Assembly (NCBI GenBank): GCA_002633005.1
Contig: NMRA01000208.1
Span: 297,072-361,071 of the forward strand
Direction: 5' to 3'
Length of the DNA stretch: 64,000 nt
DNA from: Phoronis australis
Lineage: Eukaryota; Animalia; Phoronida
Part shown: positions 38,809-51,540 of the stretch, piece after piece
Numbering within the stretch: the stretch's first letter is position 1
How the letters are laid out: the number at the start of each line of letters is the position of its first letter
Notes under the pieces: generated by a model
Database searches by the model: none
The model's input: the letters and a program-made list of their open reading frames with translations, nothing else
Told to the model about the DNA's origin: nothing
Program-made: the position numbers and the translations under genes

Positions 38809-41800
38809 AGATTGATTGATTGATACAAACTATAATTGTATAAGCTATGCAAGCGGACAAGTTACCTCCAATGTCGGTGTATGTTCAGTTACCATGGCAA
38901 TGGAATTCAACACATAGTGGAGAATGTTTTCCGACAGGTTTTTGGACTTCAGAAATTCTAGAAAAGTCTTGTCTTCAAATCCTGAGGAGAAACAAACAGC
39001 AACTCAAACAATTCTCTTATGAACACAAAATCAAACTACAAGTATGTATTAAGTTAAGAAATTTATCGTTACATAGTACATAATGACTTTGAAACTACAA
39101 AATTCTGATTTTTTAGAAATATAACGTCAAGGAAATTAATTACACTTTTTACAAAAAATGTAGTCTGACATGAGATATGAGCGATTTTTTAATACTTGGG
39201 ATAGATTTTTCACCGACATCAAGAATTATGAAAGTATAAACTTAAAGGTGTTGGCAATGGTAAGACAAAGCAAATGTGATAGAATGTTGAAAGGTTGATA
39301 AATCGCAAAAATATTTGACAATCAACACATGACTACAGTTGATACTTGTCACATCGAATTAAAATCAAATTAAATTTCTTATCATCAAGATAGCTGTAAT
39401 TAAGCAGGCAAACAAAACTGGTCACACATTCAGCAGCCACACCTGAATATTGCTCAGGATGTTTGTCAAACACTATACAAAATTGTCAACACATTCAACA
39501 CTCATCCCTGAATATTGCTTGGAATGTTTGTCAAACACCATACACAACTGTCAACACATTCAGCAGCCATACCTGAATATTGCTCAGGATGTTTGTCAAA
39601 CTCCATACAGAAAGTCAACAGTTTCATCATCATACGCTTGTCAATGATGCTCACGTCTTTACTACTGAAGACATCAGCTCGAGAGCAGGGAACCTGGATA
39701 TGGAACACAGCTATAATTCATACATCATGGTTAGCGCTGCCCACCCTTTTACACAATTTATGTTAATGTGTTTTACGGCAAACATTTTTGCCATGAAGCA
39801 CCTGGGGCAACGCAACTCCACCTGGTGTTCCAGCAAGGATTCATTTACACCAGAATCAATTAATGCATATTGTCACCTACAACTGCCAATCTCTTGAGTT
39901 CATTTCAAAGTAATACCAGTCCTAGCCATAGCACCATCAGCAATCTGATTATGAAGTGCAGATATAAACAAATGATTCTTCTGTATTGTTTTGTGTTTAA
40001 TTTCAAAACTCATCACGAAATACAGAAGAGTATTATGTTTCACAACAGCTGGAACTATAAGAGCCAATGGTTAGAACTAACATGCATGTGTACAGAACAA
40101 CACAGGCACAGTAACACACTGATTCTCTAACAAGTTAAGGTGCAAAATGTATCCAGCTGATGTACAATCTATAGACTTGCACAGGATAGTCAAGTATGAA
40201 TCACTTGTTGCCTGTGGTGATCTCTACATAATTATGCGCATGTTAGTTATGGCCACTTGGTCTTGTTGTCTTTTATAGACTTGCACAGAACAGTCAAGTA
40301 TGAATCACTTGTTGCCTGTGGTGATCTCTACATAATTATGCGCATGTTAGTTATGGCCACTTGGTCTTGTTGTCTCTTATAGACTTGCACAGGACAGTCA
40401 AGTATGAATCACTTGTTGCCTGTGGTGATCTCTACATAATTATGCGCATGTTAGTTGTGGCCACTTGGTCTTATTGTCTCTGTTGTTGGTGACACATGAT
40501 GTTCCTTTGTTTTCCAAATAATGCAAAACGTTGACCATGAACTTGTTTAAATTTCTGTTTCTGTTTCTGTTTTCGTGGTGACATCACAGGGTAGGCACCG
40601 GGATAGTCTCTGGCCCTCCTCCTTCCAGTATCGCACGCAATGTAAATTTGGAGATGCAACCAAGTTTGTGCTGGTTACACACTCTTCGATCTTTTCCCGA
40701 TACGAGTTTTTGCTGCATCTCCGTATTGCCACCCTCGCTCTAAATTTCAATCCAAAGTAAATTCTAAAGACGGAGATTGGCTCTATCCCAAGTACAGGAG
40801 ATGGCGTGATCTAATTCAGAGTTAGTGCTGCTGAAGTGAGATGATGGATGTTAAAGTGACTTTAGGACCACTTCATTGTACTATGAAGTAAACAAGTTCT
40901 ACCTCCATGTTTCAGACACAAAATTTAGAATAAGATGATCCACAAGGAGCTAATTGAATGTAACCATGGTAATACTGACAGTTCGAATATTCTTGTATTC
41001 CTACACCCAAAGGTCAAGATTTACTTGAACTGTGAACATTTGGAAGTGAAACTAATGACATACTCACTGGTTTCAGCTGACCCTTGTAGTATGTGAGAAC
41101 TCTGTTGACTAACTTGAAGTCACAATATTTGGCTATGTCAGAAGATATAAGCAACTCCACCAGAGCACCTCTTGAGAACAAGACCTGAAAGTATTATTAA
41201 TTAAACGGACCATTTCCATCATTCTCTTCTCACTGTGCCGTGAAATAATCGAACAATTCACACGAAAATGTCCAGCATTGAGAAAATGTCTGAGAACAAA
41301 AGAAATTGCGTTTCGTACCTGAGAACTCGGCTAGCCAGTTAATATGCAAACCATAATTAGAAACTGGATCAAGCAAAAGATGCTTCCGTGATTTCAAAAC
41401 ACTAAACAGTTGTGGTCAAATTTTCACTATTAAACAACTGACCTTGCAGGATAAGAAGCAAGGTGGAATTTTGTGTCAATTCCCTCACTGTTATGCTGCT
41501 AACCTGCTACTGCACAACAGGAAATCGGCTGAGGTTTGTAAGACCTCATGCTGTTTTTCCACATGCATGGATATAGACTTGAGAGGGGGGGGCAACAAGG
41601 GGGTGATTCTGCTCCACTTTTCTACAAACTTTGGAAACCAGCAAGTGCTCTGTTATAGAGTATGTTCAATGGCTAACATTAACTCATTGTATATGACTAA
41701 GTTTAAAAAGCATTGATAAAAAATCTTTTTAAAAACTTCTAATAAAAAACTTTTTAACAAGGAAATGAATTGAGAAAGTTAAAATATGCATATAGCAGCA

Positions 41801-44800
41801 TAAAATAGAGGCAGGTTGTTGTAAACTACTGAGATACAGATAGGAGCAGTAGTCCATTTAACATGATTCAGATATTATGTGTTATGACGCTCAGCTAAAG
41901 GACATGATATCACAGCAGTTAACTAACAAGGTTGAATATTAAAGCAATGCCCATGTCAGTACTTGATAGAGATAGAAAGCAAAACATCTTACGCTATGAA
42001 AATGTCAGTACGAAGTCGAGCACAAATTCTACACAAAAGTCAAGATGCTTAATTTATTTTCTTATACTGCAAGCTCAGTCAAAGGCATGTTTAAGGTCAC
42101 TGTCAAAGGCATGTTTAAGGTCACTGTCAAAGGCATGTTTAAGGTCACTGTCAAAGGTATGTTTAAGGTCACTGTCAAAGGCATGTTTAAGGTCACTGTC
42201 AAAGAGCAATTGGTCAGCTCAGCAGGTAGGTTATACCTTTGGTGATAAATCTAGGTTAAAATGTCTCCATTTGTTATTGAAGTCTTGCATTGTCCATTCC
42301 TTTGTTTTTTCTTTTTTTGACTCTACTTCAGATTTCACTTGCTCATCATCTCCAGCTGGTGAACTTTGACCAGAACATACTGTACTGCCATCTGGTGACT
42401 GAACACTATCTGCTGCATCAACAAGATCAACTTGTTCCATAGTATCAACTAAGCTGCTCATTTTGCCATCTTCTTCAACAACAATAGGAGAGTCTACAAA
42501 TAAACAGTTGTCATAAATCAACAGAAAAAATAAAGAGCAGATTGCAATTGTCACGACAAGCAATTTATTTCGCATATTCATGTAAGACCAATATAGGCAG
42601 AAAAACCACCCTTAAGATATTCAAAGCAAGCAAAATCATCTTCATACAGACTGGTATTCATACAGACTAGAATATTATAATATCACTCTATTGACTAACA
42701 CATTAATATTACACACTGAGAACCAGATAACATGTGACCTAGTTAGTAAACAAAAGAATGTGTTCATTCGATTGGGTATATATTCAGTAAATTTTGTTTT
42801 CATTATCTAAAACATTCACAGAGCCTATGATATGTGGTAACTAAAGTACAAAAAATAAAGATGTGTCAGCAGTGAAATACCAAAAAAGAATGCAATTTAT
42901 ATTAAAACCTTTCTGAAAGAAAAGGCAACATAAATACTACTCGCTTGATCAAATGAAGGTACATTATGAAGCATTTTTGTACTTACATTAAATCAAACAT
43001 GTGTATACTGTCTTACTCAAACAATACACCATAGACAATGTTATGGACATACCACGAGAATAGCATCTACAGACCTTGCTACACCAAGACTAGCCTGGGC
43101 GAGGTGCTTTACCCCTATACACAAAGACATGCCCAAGTTGCCTGAGCATGTAAATCTTTGTTAGAAGGTGATCATTTCCAACAGATTAGGTTTATTGCAT
43201 CGGAAATACAAAAAGTATTGTAATGCGCTGTCTGCAGGTGACTGGGGTGAGTGGGCTGTAATTTGTAAACCCATGAAGACATTAATCACTAATTCAACTG
43301 GCTGTCTTTAAGTTAGAAACTGTGTCTTACCAGCAGTTGAAGGGTCACCAGCACCGTTATTCTTGTTTTCATCGCTAGCAATGGTCATTGTAGTGGCATT
43401 GTCAACACCAGATGTCACGTCAACCACTGGTTCAGGATCTGGTTCACTTCTGGAACAAATGAGTACTTTTTTGTACTAACCTCACCTTTCTGTATACACT
43501 GCAGTGCTGCTTTGCATGCAGATTTCTTATTGGCTGATGAAGTTGGCATTTGAATTTGACAACCTGTACCAATCAGAAGCTAGAGATGCAACAGTCCTTT
43601 GACCAATCTAGGAATTATGCAGGGCTCAACAAAAGAGAGTAAATGCTCGAAAATACAAGTCAAAAAAGTAAAATACAAATGGAAAATTGACTTTACTCAT
43701 ACCACAAATACAGGTGCCAAGTAGATGCAGAGCAGCCCAAACCTGGAAATACGAGTGGCAAATATGCCGTCACTCAAGTTTTAGAGCGGACATTTGTGTC
43801 GAGCACTGTTATAAGATAAACCAATAGAATTGCAGCAACTTACTTTATATAGCGAAACTCTTTTACATTGGACACTGTGTCACTTTCCAACTTCAGTGGA
43901 ACAGCCAGCTCTCCATCATTCAGTAATGAGGTGATGTCCAAATTTTCTTTGCATTTTATTTTCTTTCCTTCTTCATAGCCCTTTCATAAAAACATAGTAT
44001 CAGTACACGATACACAAGTAAACCCACAAGTCAAGCATAATCCACTCCCGACGTAAATACTAAAGAACACACAGTAACAGCTGACCAACACAACTACAAA
44101 GAGTGAACACTGACATAAGGACTACTTATAATGGACGATGTTCATGGTAGTTGTAATGTTCACAGCTCTCCTACCTCTGAGTGACCTTTGACCCAATCTT
44201 GAAAGCCTTTAAAGTTGAATACAGCCCAATCTCCACTGTAGTAGTCATTCCTGATAGACAAAATGAGCAAAGATGGCAGACATTCAGGAAGCAGCAGGAA
44301 CCGACCAGTTGTACCAGTGGCTCTCACAGCAATATTGCTATCAAGGAAGCAAGTTCACTTCAAACAGAACACCAAAAGAATGCCTTTATAATTAGTTCCT
44401 GTTCATTATGACATATTTTCATTTGTTTCTTTACTATGGTCTTGAAGTATAGGCAGTAAAGTCTCTACATTGACATATCTCAGCAGAATTGACAACAGGT
44501 GGCAGCACAGAGCACTGGTGACATGTGGTCATATTTTTAGTAAAGCATTCACAATTGGTCTCCGTAAGTGATCTGTGGGTAAAGCAGGAATAGCACTGTA
44601 GTGTGATTGCAGGTCAAAATTTGTCGATCAGGTCGTAAAAACTACAGAATGAAGAAAAACACCTGAATTTATAAACAAGAAAATTCAGGGCTTGACAATC
44701 ATAGGAGTACATCATGGATTTTGTAACACATTCAAATACTACAGACTGAGGTCAAGTTATTAAATTAGTATGACATATGAGTAACATCAGCTAAGGCATT

Positions 44801-47800
44801 TTAAGTGACACTGATCTTGGCCAATTGAAGTCGGTCATTAGAGGGTTGTTAGGGGCACACCCCATCTCCACTGGAGTGTTGTTAGGGGCAAACCCCATCT
44901 CCACTGAAGTGTTGTTAGGGCCAAACCCCATCTCCACTGAAGTGTTGTTAGGGCCAAACCCCATCTCCACTGAAGTGTTGTTAGGGCCAAACCCCATCTC
45001 CACTGAAGTGTTGTTAGGGCCAAACCCCATCTCCACTCACTATTTTATCAAATTAAGAAATTTGTTAATCAAGAAAAATCAGATCAAATTTAAAATTAAT
45101 AATGTTTTATTATGGTAAAGAAATGCTGAGATCACCTTATTGTACCCTGACTAAAGTCAAAAGTCTACACAAGTAAGACAATTAACAAACTGCACAAATT
45201 TGAAGGAATACACGAGTATCATTTTGTCACAAGTATATGATGTTGTCCGTGACTCAGGCAACGGACTTTCTTTCTTGGTGCAATGACTCAAGCATCCAAG
45301 TACCTACCCATCCCCCAGGATCCAGAGTTCAGCAGATTACCTACCTGTCCAGGTGCAACACTTTCATGCCTATTCTGGACATAGCAGCAGCAACTATACA
45401 CTCTGTCATACCTGGAAACATGAAAAATGGAAACTGACACATACTGTAAAACTTAAACAGAAAACAGATTTATTTACTAGGCTAGCCTTTCAAGTTTCAC
45501 AACAGTGACATATGCCAGTGGGGCTATTCGGGAAATTTACATTAACTAGAGGGCGCGCGTGTACTAGTGGTGATAGATTAGCAGCCTCGATTTCGCGAGC
45601 CCTATAAATACTTGGTGAAATGGCTTGCAGCCGTGCCAACTAAATCTGAGATTACGTAAAAAGGGTGCTTCTATGAGAGGAAGTAAGCACGACCTCATAC
45701 AAAGGTAAGGTTTGTGATTATTTTAACGATTATTCGATGTTTACTCTACTGATACCTGTTAACTGAGGTACTCGCCGATGTCGACTTCATGGCAGTCGCC
45801 AGTCGGGTTAATCTTTGTTGTGATGTGTGTTGCAATACTTGACGTAGCACTCGGGATCTTTTTGTACATCAAAGCAGTATTATTGTTTGGAATGATTTCT
45901 TACACGTTTATCAACGACAGTTACATCAATGAATGCTGAATGCTTATGCTGTTGACTCGATATTGGTTTGTGAGTTACGATTACAATCCAAGCCCAAAGC
46001 CATGGCAAAGGGTACATGATAAATATCCATTATTTGTTTACTCCCTATCCTATGTCTTCTGGAAATCTATTACTCGTTGAAATGGAAATCTATCATGTCT
46101 GTTTTCACGTGACCTCTGGTTTATAGGTTTGAGGGCTTGTACCGTGCAGAGGAGATATGCCTTGCTTCTGTACCATCCCTGAATGGACAAAAATTGGTTT
46201 TAAGCAGATGACTGCAGCTAATCAGCAAGATCTTTCCATCCAGAGCAGATCTGTTGTCAAAGCCTACTTTCTATATCGGAGACAACGAGCAAAGCCTTTG
46301 AAAAGGAACAGCTATTTTTAAAGAAAGGTATGTAAGTCGTTTTGATCAATTTAATAATTTACTTATTCAGGTCCTTAGCGGGGGATTGGCATAGGGGGTT
46401 GGGGTTGTAAAGTTTGGTGCAACTGAATGTGTGGAAATAACAGGTAATAGTGTCTGGTGGAAATAGCATGGTGAGGTAATTCTTAACCTTCATGAAGTTC
46501 CTTCAAGTTTATTTCATGAAACTGTTTCACTATCAATTGTAAACCCATAAAAATATATTACATTTTCTGATTTCTCAGTGACTGCCATAGTCTTAACTCA
46601 TGCCTTGAAATGTTGCAAGTCATTTATAAATTCAAAAGACTGCCATTTTTGTGAAAATTGCATTTTTGATGGTGCCCTACGATTTGTAATTACTCTTAAA
46701 CAACAGAAAGATTGTCCATCATTTTTTAAATGACCCAAGTCTTCATATCTTCTATTAGAAGAAAAATAAAAAGTCTGAGAAACGGTTCCCTCAGCCTTAG
46801 ACTAGAAGTATGCTTGACTGACCCATGAATCTGTACCGTAATCGGAATTTAAAATTGTTCAAAGTATCAAAAATAAAAAGGCTTGAAAATGGGTAACAAA
46901 GGTTTGAAGTTGTCTCCAATAACTTGCATATTTTGCAGACAAGTAATGCGTTTAAAGAATTGTTATGGCTACGAATGAAAAATAATGACGCAGTTTTATA
47001 GAGTACTTATTATATACACCCTTGCTTTGTGAAAATAATTTTGTGTGAAATTGTAGAGCAGTCACCATAACATATTTTTGAAAAACAGGGGTAGCCTTTT
47101 TGACCCAACCTGGAGTACTTAATTATTCATATTAATTCAATATTTGTTCCAGGTTCAGTGACATTTTAAGGCCACTTCAAGCCGCAACATAAATAAGCTT
47201 CGTTACTCCTTTTTCTTCCCACAGCATTTCCACACACCAGCAGGGCTGTATGGCACAATGTACAAGTCAGTTGCCCTGGAGAAATGTGAATCGCAGTACG
47301 AAGTTACCATAAGACAACGTGCCAGTGGATTGTTTGTGTATGAAGAGGAACTATATCTGACTGCTACACAAGTCAGCCTCGTTGGTGAGGATCTCCTTTC
47401 ATAGGCAATAAGTCATGTGTGGACAATAGCTTATTTCCTTTCCTGGAAGAAACATGCTGGATTGAAGCTAACGAAGACCTAGTGACACTCTGGTCTAGTT
47501 CAGGGTCAGATTTTGGGCACAAAACGAGTCAAGGGATATGCTGTTGTGTTTACCTTCAAGAATCTAATTGTAGATGTTAATGAGGCTGAATGAGGTTACA
47601 TGAAGGAAATCCACGTGCCAAAACTGGACCTTTTTTACAAGTGCTTCTATAGGCCATTGAAACTAGATCCCTGTGAAATGAAAACCAAAAGCACCTGGTA
47701 TAAATACCTGTCTTTTCTCATCGAGTGACAATAACTCTTCCTTTCAGAAGAAAGGCTTTATACTAATCGTAAAGACTTTCTAATTTGGTACACATTATGC

Positions 47801-50800
47801 GGAAATGACAATCAGTGACTGCATCGATTGTCTTATTGTCACTAGAAAGCCCGTTAATGTTACACTTTGATGATCAAATAAATTTTTCATCAACAGGCAA
47901 TTTGTCACTAACTATTGAAACCACAACATTTCCCGTTTTAAAGCCACATACAGTGCAGTTGTGCTTATTCTTTACAAAGCTGAAATGATTACCGATTACG
48001 CTTGCAAATTGTCATTTTCCTGTTGACCTCTAGAAATGTGCAGCGATCAAAATGATGTATTCCCTTAGTTTACATCTGATTTGTTTGTGGGTGTAATTAT
48101 TTTTAGAGCTTTCTTAAGAAGGCCTTTGAACAATTTTAAGTTTTGTGTTAACTTGTCCACAACAAAAGTTCCACATGCAAGAAAAGTAAGTTTTCAATTG
48201 TAGCTAGCTGGATAAGAATCTGCTATGCACAAGATTCGAGAATAAACAATTATCAGTGTATTTAAAAAATAAATGGCGAACTGAACAACCACATACATAC
48301 AAAGAAAAAACATTGTTAAAAATAATTGTAATTTTCCCATGCAACGGAGTCCATAATCAGGCCTGAATTTCTAAATTAGATTCAATTCTCTCAGGTTATT
48401 GCTGAAGGATTGCTTTTCACTTTGTCCAAAGGTAAAATAGACAGTCAGCTGGCTGGTTTGGTTTCAGTCGTTTTCTCTCACCTGTAACAGAATAGTCACA
48501 GAAATATTAGCAAATTATAAAAAAACACAAGACAAAACTACTTTAATAAGGCAGAACATACTTGACGTTTCATCTTCATGTTTATATGTTGAAAGTAATA
48601 ATCTTTGTACCCAAGTCTTATTTAAGATCTGATTTAAAATATGTAATACAGGCTAAAAATGATTTAACAATGTATATTTTTATGACACCTAAAATGTGCT
48701 TCTGACCTCAAGTAAAATTCATTCTAGGTGTCAGTTTTTATTCCAATGCAATGTTACGACGTTTACTAAATAGCTTATTCAGGTTAATTCGGTAACTAAT
48801 TTGGTAGTCCTAGGGGTGGGGTCCGCTATAAAATAAAGAAACTCACTCATCTAGAGAATTGTATTGGACATAGCATAGCATTGAAGAGAAACTGCTGTGG
48901 AAAAGTCACCCATGACTTCTTCACATACCATACACCTCTTATATTGAGCGCATTCCCACCAAGGACAATAGCTACACTCAATAAACCCGTTATTCAGTGG
49001 GGTAACTGGTGGGGATAACATCGAACAATGTCGATAGAAACTTGATTGCTAAAAACTTACCAAGTAACGTTATGTAGTCTCCCAATGGGGCTTCGGCATC
49101 CACACACTTTTTCTCAGTTGGTTGACCCTTTTGACCGCAATTCTCCACGAATGTAGTAACCTTAGGTCTTTTGGGAATTTTGACCACCTGTCGAAGACTT
49201 GCACCAGGGAAAATAGCAAAAATAAGGCTTAGCGCGACGACGTACTTTGATAACAATCCGTCTTTTTACCAGCCGTTTACATGCAGACAGCGACGCATGG
49301 GCAATTCAATCACCACTAGTACAGCAGCGACACCGTGAAGATAATTCTCCAAATAGCCCCATTGGGTGTTGAATTTTAAGTTGTGCATTGAACACTGCCC
49401 TAAAATGGGGAATACCTAAACTATCTAAACAGTGGCGAAAGTAGTCAGAGCCAAAAGCCAAAGACCAGTTTGGCCATATAATAAAAAAACATGACATCCA
49501 TAACAAGACGTGTGCACTCTGAGGATGTAGATTAAAGATAGAGGATATCAACTTTATTTTGAAAGTGAAGTACGTAACACTTCAAAACAAGCAAATCATG
49601 GATCGGTGTCTCTAGTTCAAGAGTTCAGCATCTTTTTAAACCAGTCAACCAAAGACCTAATGCTTGAAGGTGACGTGAATTATGAACACTAAGTCGTTTA
49701 CTCAAATAGAAGTCTTGTACAGTACATTTTTAATTTTCTTAAACAGAGAGCCTCCTTCCTTGTGAAACAAACCTCATTCAATTTTATTTGCTGTATTTTG
49801 AAATGAGTAACTTCTTGTGGGGATGTGCTATCACCCCTGTATGCCTGCGGCATTCAGGGTGACGTAATTGCCTAGCTCAGTAGATACTACCAGTGCTAGA
49901 GTCAGGGCTTGGAATGACCAATGACAAAAAACGCGGAAACTTTTATGGCCCAAATCATGCCCGATAACCAGCCTTTGAAATGGTCAATGTGAACCTTTCC
50001 GCGACAAAAATCGGGAGGACTAAAAAATAAAAAAAAATAAAAAATAAAAAAAAACGTTACCACCATCAGTAGCATGCGTCTGCGTCCTTTTCGCTCGACC
50101 GTCCACTCCCAAACCACACAATTTTGGCTACAGAGCGGTAGTATTTGTCGCCGCGCTTAACAATAACACGAGCCGCCATTGAAAATCACACCACGCTTTA
50201 CCCAGATGCCCCGGCAATGTTGACAATTTACGTTCCTCCGAAACATAAAGAGCAACTTCCGCTTTCCGAGGTGAACGTCGTCTGCAACGCCGCGGTAAGA
50301 AAGGAATTTGCCGCGGAAATTTCATATCAAATCCGCTTTTTTACGCGGAAATATTATAAAAAAAGCGGAAAGCACATTTCAAAAAAGCGGAAATCCGCGT
50401 TTCTGCGGAAAATTCCAAGCCCTGTAGAGTCCCTGGTCACAACATTCATTGTCGTAATAGCCGAGATTGCCCGATCTCGGGAATCGAACCAGTGACCCCG
50501 ATTTAACCAGCGAGCATGCTAACTATTCAGGTAATAGCTGCAATTTCCTGTTAGCGAGTGACTAAGTAACAGAGGCTCATATGATTCACTAGGCAATGAC
50601 CATCGCCTCTGTTGGCCCGAACCAGAGGCGATGCAGCTCCTATAGGCGCTCTGTACGCCGGAAGCTTTTCGGTGAATTATGCCTCGCACCGACTAAACCA
50701 TCAAAGTCACGTTGTTATAAATAACTTTTGCGCATAGAGGAACACCTTAGCCTATAGGAGCTGCATCGCCACTGGTTCGGGCCAACAGAGGCGATGGTCA

Positions 50801-50915
50801 TTGCCTAATGGCAGTAATGATTCACCAGAACAGAGGCACATTTCAAAACAAAAGAATGGTAACCTGTTCCTAACACCACTGCATCGTATTCGGTCGGGAA
50901 ATCGTCATCTGCCAT
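34402..50915 (-). CDS. CHM: Rab proteins geranylgeranyltransferase component A (Rab escort protein, REP/CHM family), about 655 aa
   Basis: Exons (minus): 50864-50915 [17 protein letters not shown]; 45345-45411 [22 protein letters not shown]; 44175-44250 [12 protein letters not shown]; 43844-43980; 43331-43449; 42237-42493 ...[10 protein letters not shown]; 41068-41184; 39573-39693 VPCSRADVF; 38866-38981; 38214-38320 [25 protein letters not shown]; 37548-37667 RMCAVFGG; 36998-37060; 36193-36350; 35296-35528; 34402-34626 ...[14 protein letters not shown]...TGA. Total 1968 nt with consistent phases. GDI/REP motifs plus the REP-type insert and C-terminal tail distinguish it from Rab GDI. Confidence 0.93.
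38777..38824. repeat. (GATT)n microsatellite
   Basis: About 12 near-perfect units. Confidence 0.95.
39420..39601. repeat. 65-bp tandem repeat, about 3 copies, spanning the REP exon 8 donor
   Basis: cctgaatattgct..g.atgtttgtcaaac at about 39442, 39507 and 39572. Confidence 0.85.
40171..40480. repeat. 104-bp tandem repeat, 3 copies
   Basis: atagacttgcacag... starts at 40171, 40275 and 40379. Confidence 0.95.
42077..42204. repeat. 24-bp minisatellite, about 5 copies
   Basis: Unit gtcaaaggcatgtttaaggtcact. Confidence 0.95.
44843..45037. repeat. 33-bp minisatellite, about 6 copies
   Basis: Unit gtgttgttagggccaaaccccatctccactgaa. Confidence 0.95.
45640..47670 (+). pseudogene. Degenerate SAP-domain / YqaJ (lambda exonuclease-like) gene of the transposon
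   Basis: SAP-like [18 protein letters not shown] ends at a donor (45704), followed by an exon near 46127-46327. At 47237-47670: [18 protein letters not shown]...[23 protein letters not shown], then [21 protein letters not shown]...VPKLDLFY. These resemble the YqaJ motifs (YG..E, GL......LAASPDG, YYQVQGQ). Stops and frameshifts are present. Confidence 0.7.
48420..49250 (-). pseudogene. Degenerate THAP-domain N-terminus (putative transposase remnant)
   Basis: Across frameshifts: [11 protein letters not shown] (CxxxxC), then [31 protein letters not shown] (THAP FP/W/R/WxP pattern), a donor at 49061, and after an acceptor at 48482 ERKRLKPN (RLK..AVP-like). No DDE core recognised. Confidence 0.55.
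49903..50424. mobile_element. Non-autonomous TIR element (hAT-like MITE)
   Basis: 13-bp TIR CAGGGCTTGGAAT / ATTCCAAGCCCTG. The sequence tagagt is directly repeated on both flanks. Repeated GCGGAAA motifs lie near the right end. Confidence 0.75.
50592..50805. mobile_element. MITE with 56-bp near-perfect terminal inverted repeats
   Basis: ggcaatgaccatcgcctctgttggcccgaaccagaggcgatgcagctcctataggc (50592-50647) pairs with 50750-50805 with one mismatch. TA on both flanks. Confidence 0.85.
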
Positions 50916-51370
50916 GGTCTCTATCGCCGCCCAAGGTGCACGGCAGCCTTTCAAACCTGATCAAACAAAATTAATTGCTTTGATCGGCGACTTGCTGTCC
51001 AGTTTTGTTTGTCCCAGATGAGTGACACAGCCACAGGCTGAGAGATACACAACACTTCCTGGTTATTCATAAATACACATACGAACACATTTGGTTTTTA
51101 TTATTTTTTGTATTTTAAAACATTTTCTGTGCTTTATATATCACCTGTTATGTTTTTTCTATTAAATAACAAATCATAACGTTTAATCAATTTTTTTAAG
51201 CAACAGTTAAAAACAATTGTTCAGAAAACACGCGAACGTACTGTAGTATTACAACAGTACTTCCGGGGGCTGACCAACAACTCAGCTGACAGCAGCTCAG
51301 TCATATACACAGGCCCTGGCAATTTTTTTTCTTAGAGTAGCCAAAAGCGAGATGTTACACTGACTGTTGT
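50916..51370. promoter_or_regulatory. Putative divergent promoter region for REP and SLC36 genes
   Basis: Lies just upstream of the REP ATG. The SLC36 ATG exon is preceded by an acceptor (atcag at 54895), so an upstream non-coding exon is needed. An ETS-like ACTTCCGG lies near 51259 and a candidate plus-strand donor GTAAGT near 51369. Inference only. Confidence 0.4.
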
Positions 51371-51540
51371 AAGTTAATTGTCATTAAAGTATAATGCAGA
51401 TTCTTCTTCATTTCCTGTGTATTTTGATTAATGCAGGAAGCACCTGCTTGAATTGGATGTGGGAATGTGGGATGCAATGTCAGGTCTGTAAATTCTTATA
51501 CAGTCAGGTGACGTGTCTAGATCAGACCGGCAGGTAGTGG

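Larger units (their letters stand above)
45520..49360. mobile_element. Decayed TIR DNA transposon, ISL2EU/Harbinger-related-like, with convergent SAP-YqaJ and THAP remnants, nested in REP intron 1
   Basis: Termini GGGGCTATTCGG (45520) and ccaaatagcccc (49360), flanked by gt and at. A second inverted 15-mer, tgtactagtggtgat (about 45560), pairs with atcaccactagtaca (about 49309). Internal degenerate coding remnants on both strands. Confidence 0.7.

Noticed and set aside
40471-40760. Overlapping short ORFs in REP intron 7
   Set aside because: No splice-consistent link to REP and no recognisable motif; possibly a repeat fragment.
44791-45118. Repetitive ORFs in several frames (also at 41932-42369, 29964-30350, 26648-26938, 12441-12755)
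   Set aside because: Translations of intronic minisatellites whose unit lengths are multiples of 3.
45755-45790. Candidate REP first exon ([11 protein letters not shown])
   Set aside because: Wrong phase and no GDI/REP motif. The true exon 1 ([17 protein letters not shown]) is at 50864-50915.
48846-48973. Cys-rich minus-strand exon-like segment ([16 protein letters not shown])
   Set aside because: It ends in a stop and cannot be joined in frame to the THAP remnant. I cannot assign it to a family without a search.
48990-49256. 88-aa ORF resembling a secreted protein with signal peptide
   Set aside because: It starts at TTG with an in-frame TAA just upstream. The other two frames carry the THAP motifs, so it is better explained as a frameshifted transposon remnant.
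50145-50495. 116-aa ORF
   Set aside because: It lies within a non-autonomous TIR element, runs across its boundary and has no recognisable domain.
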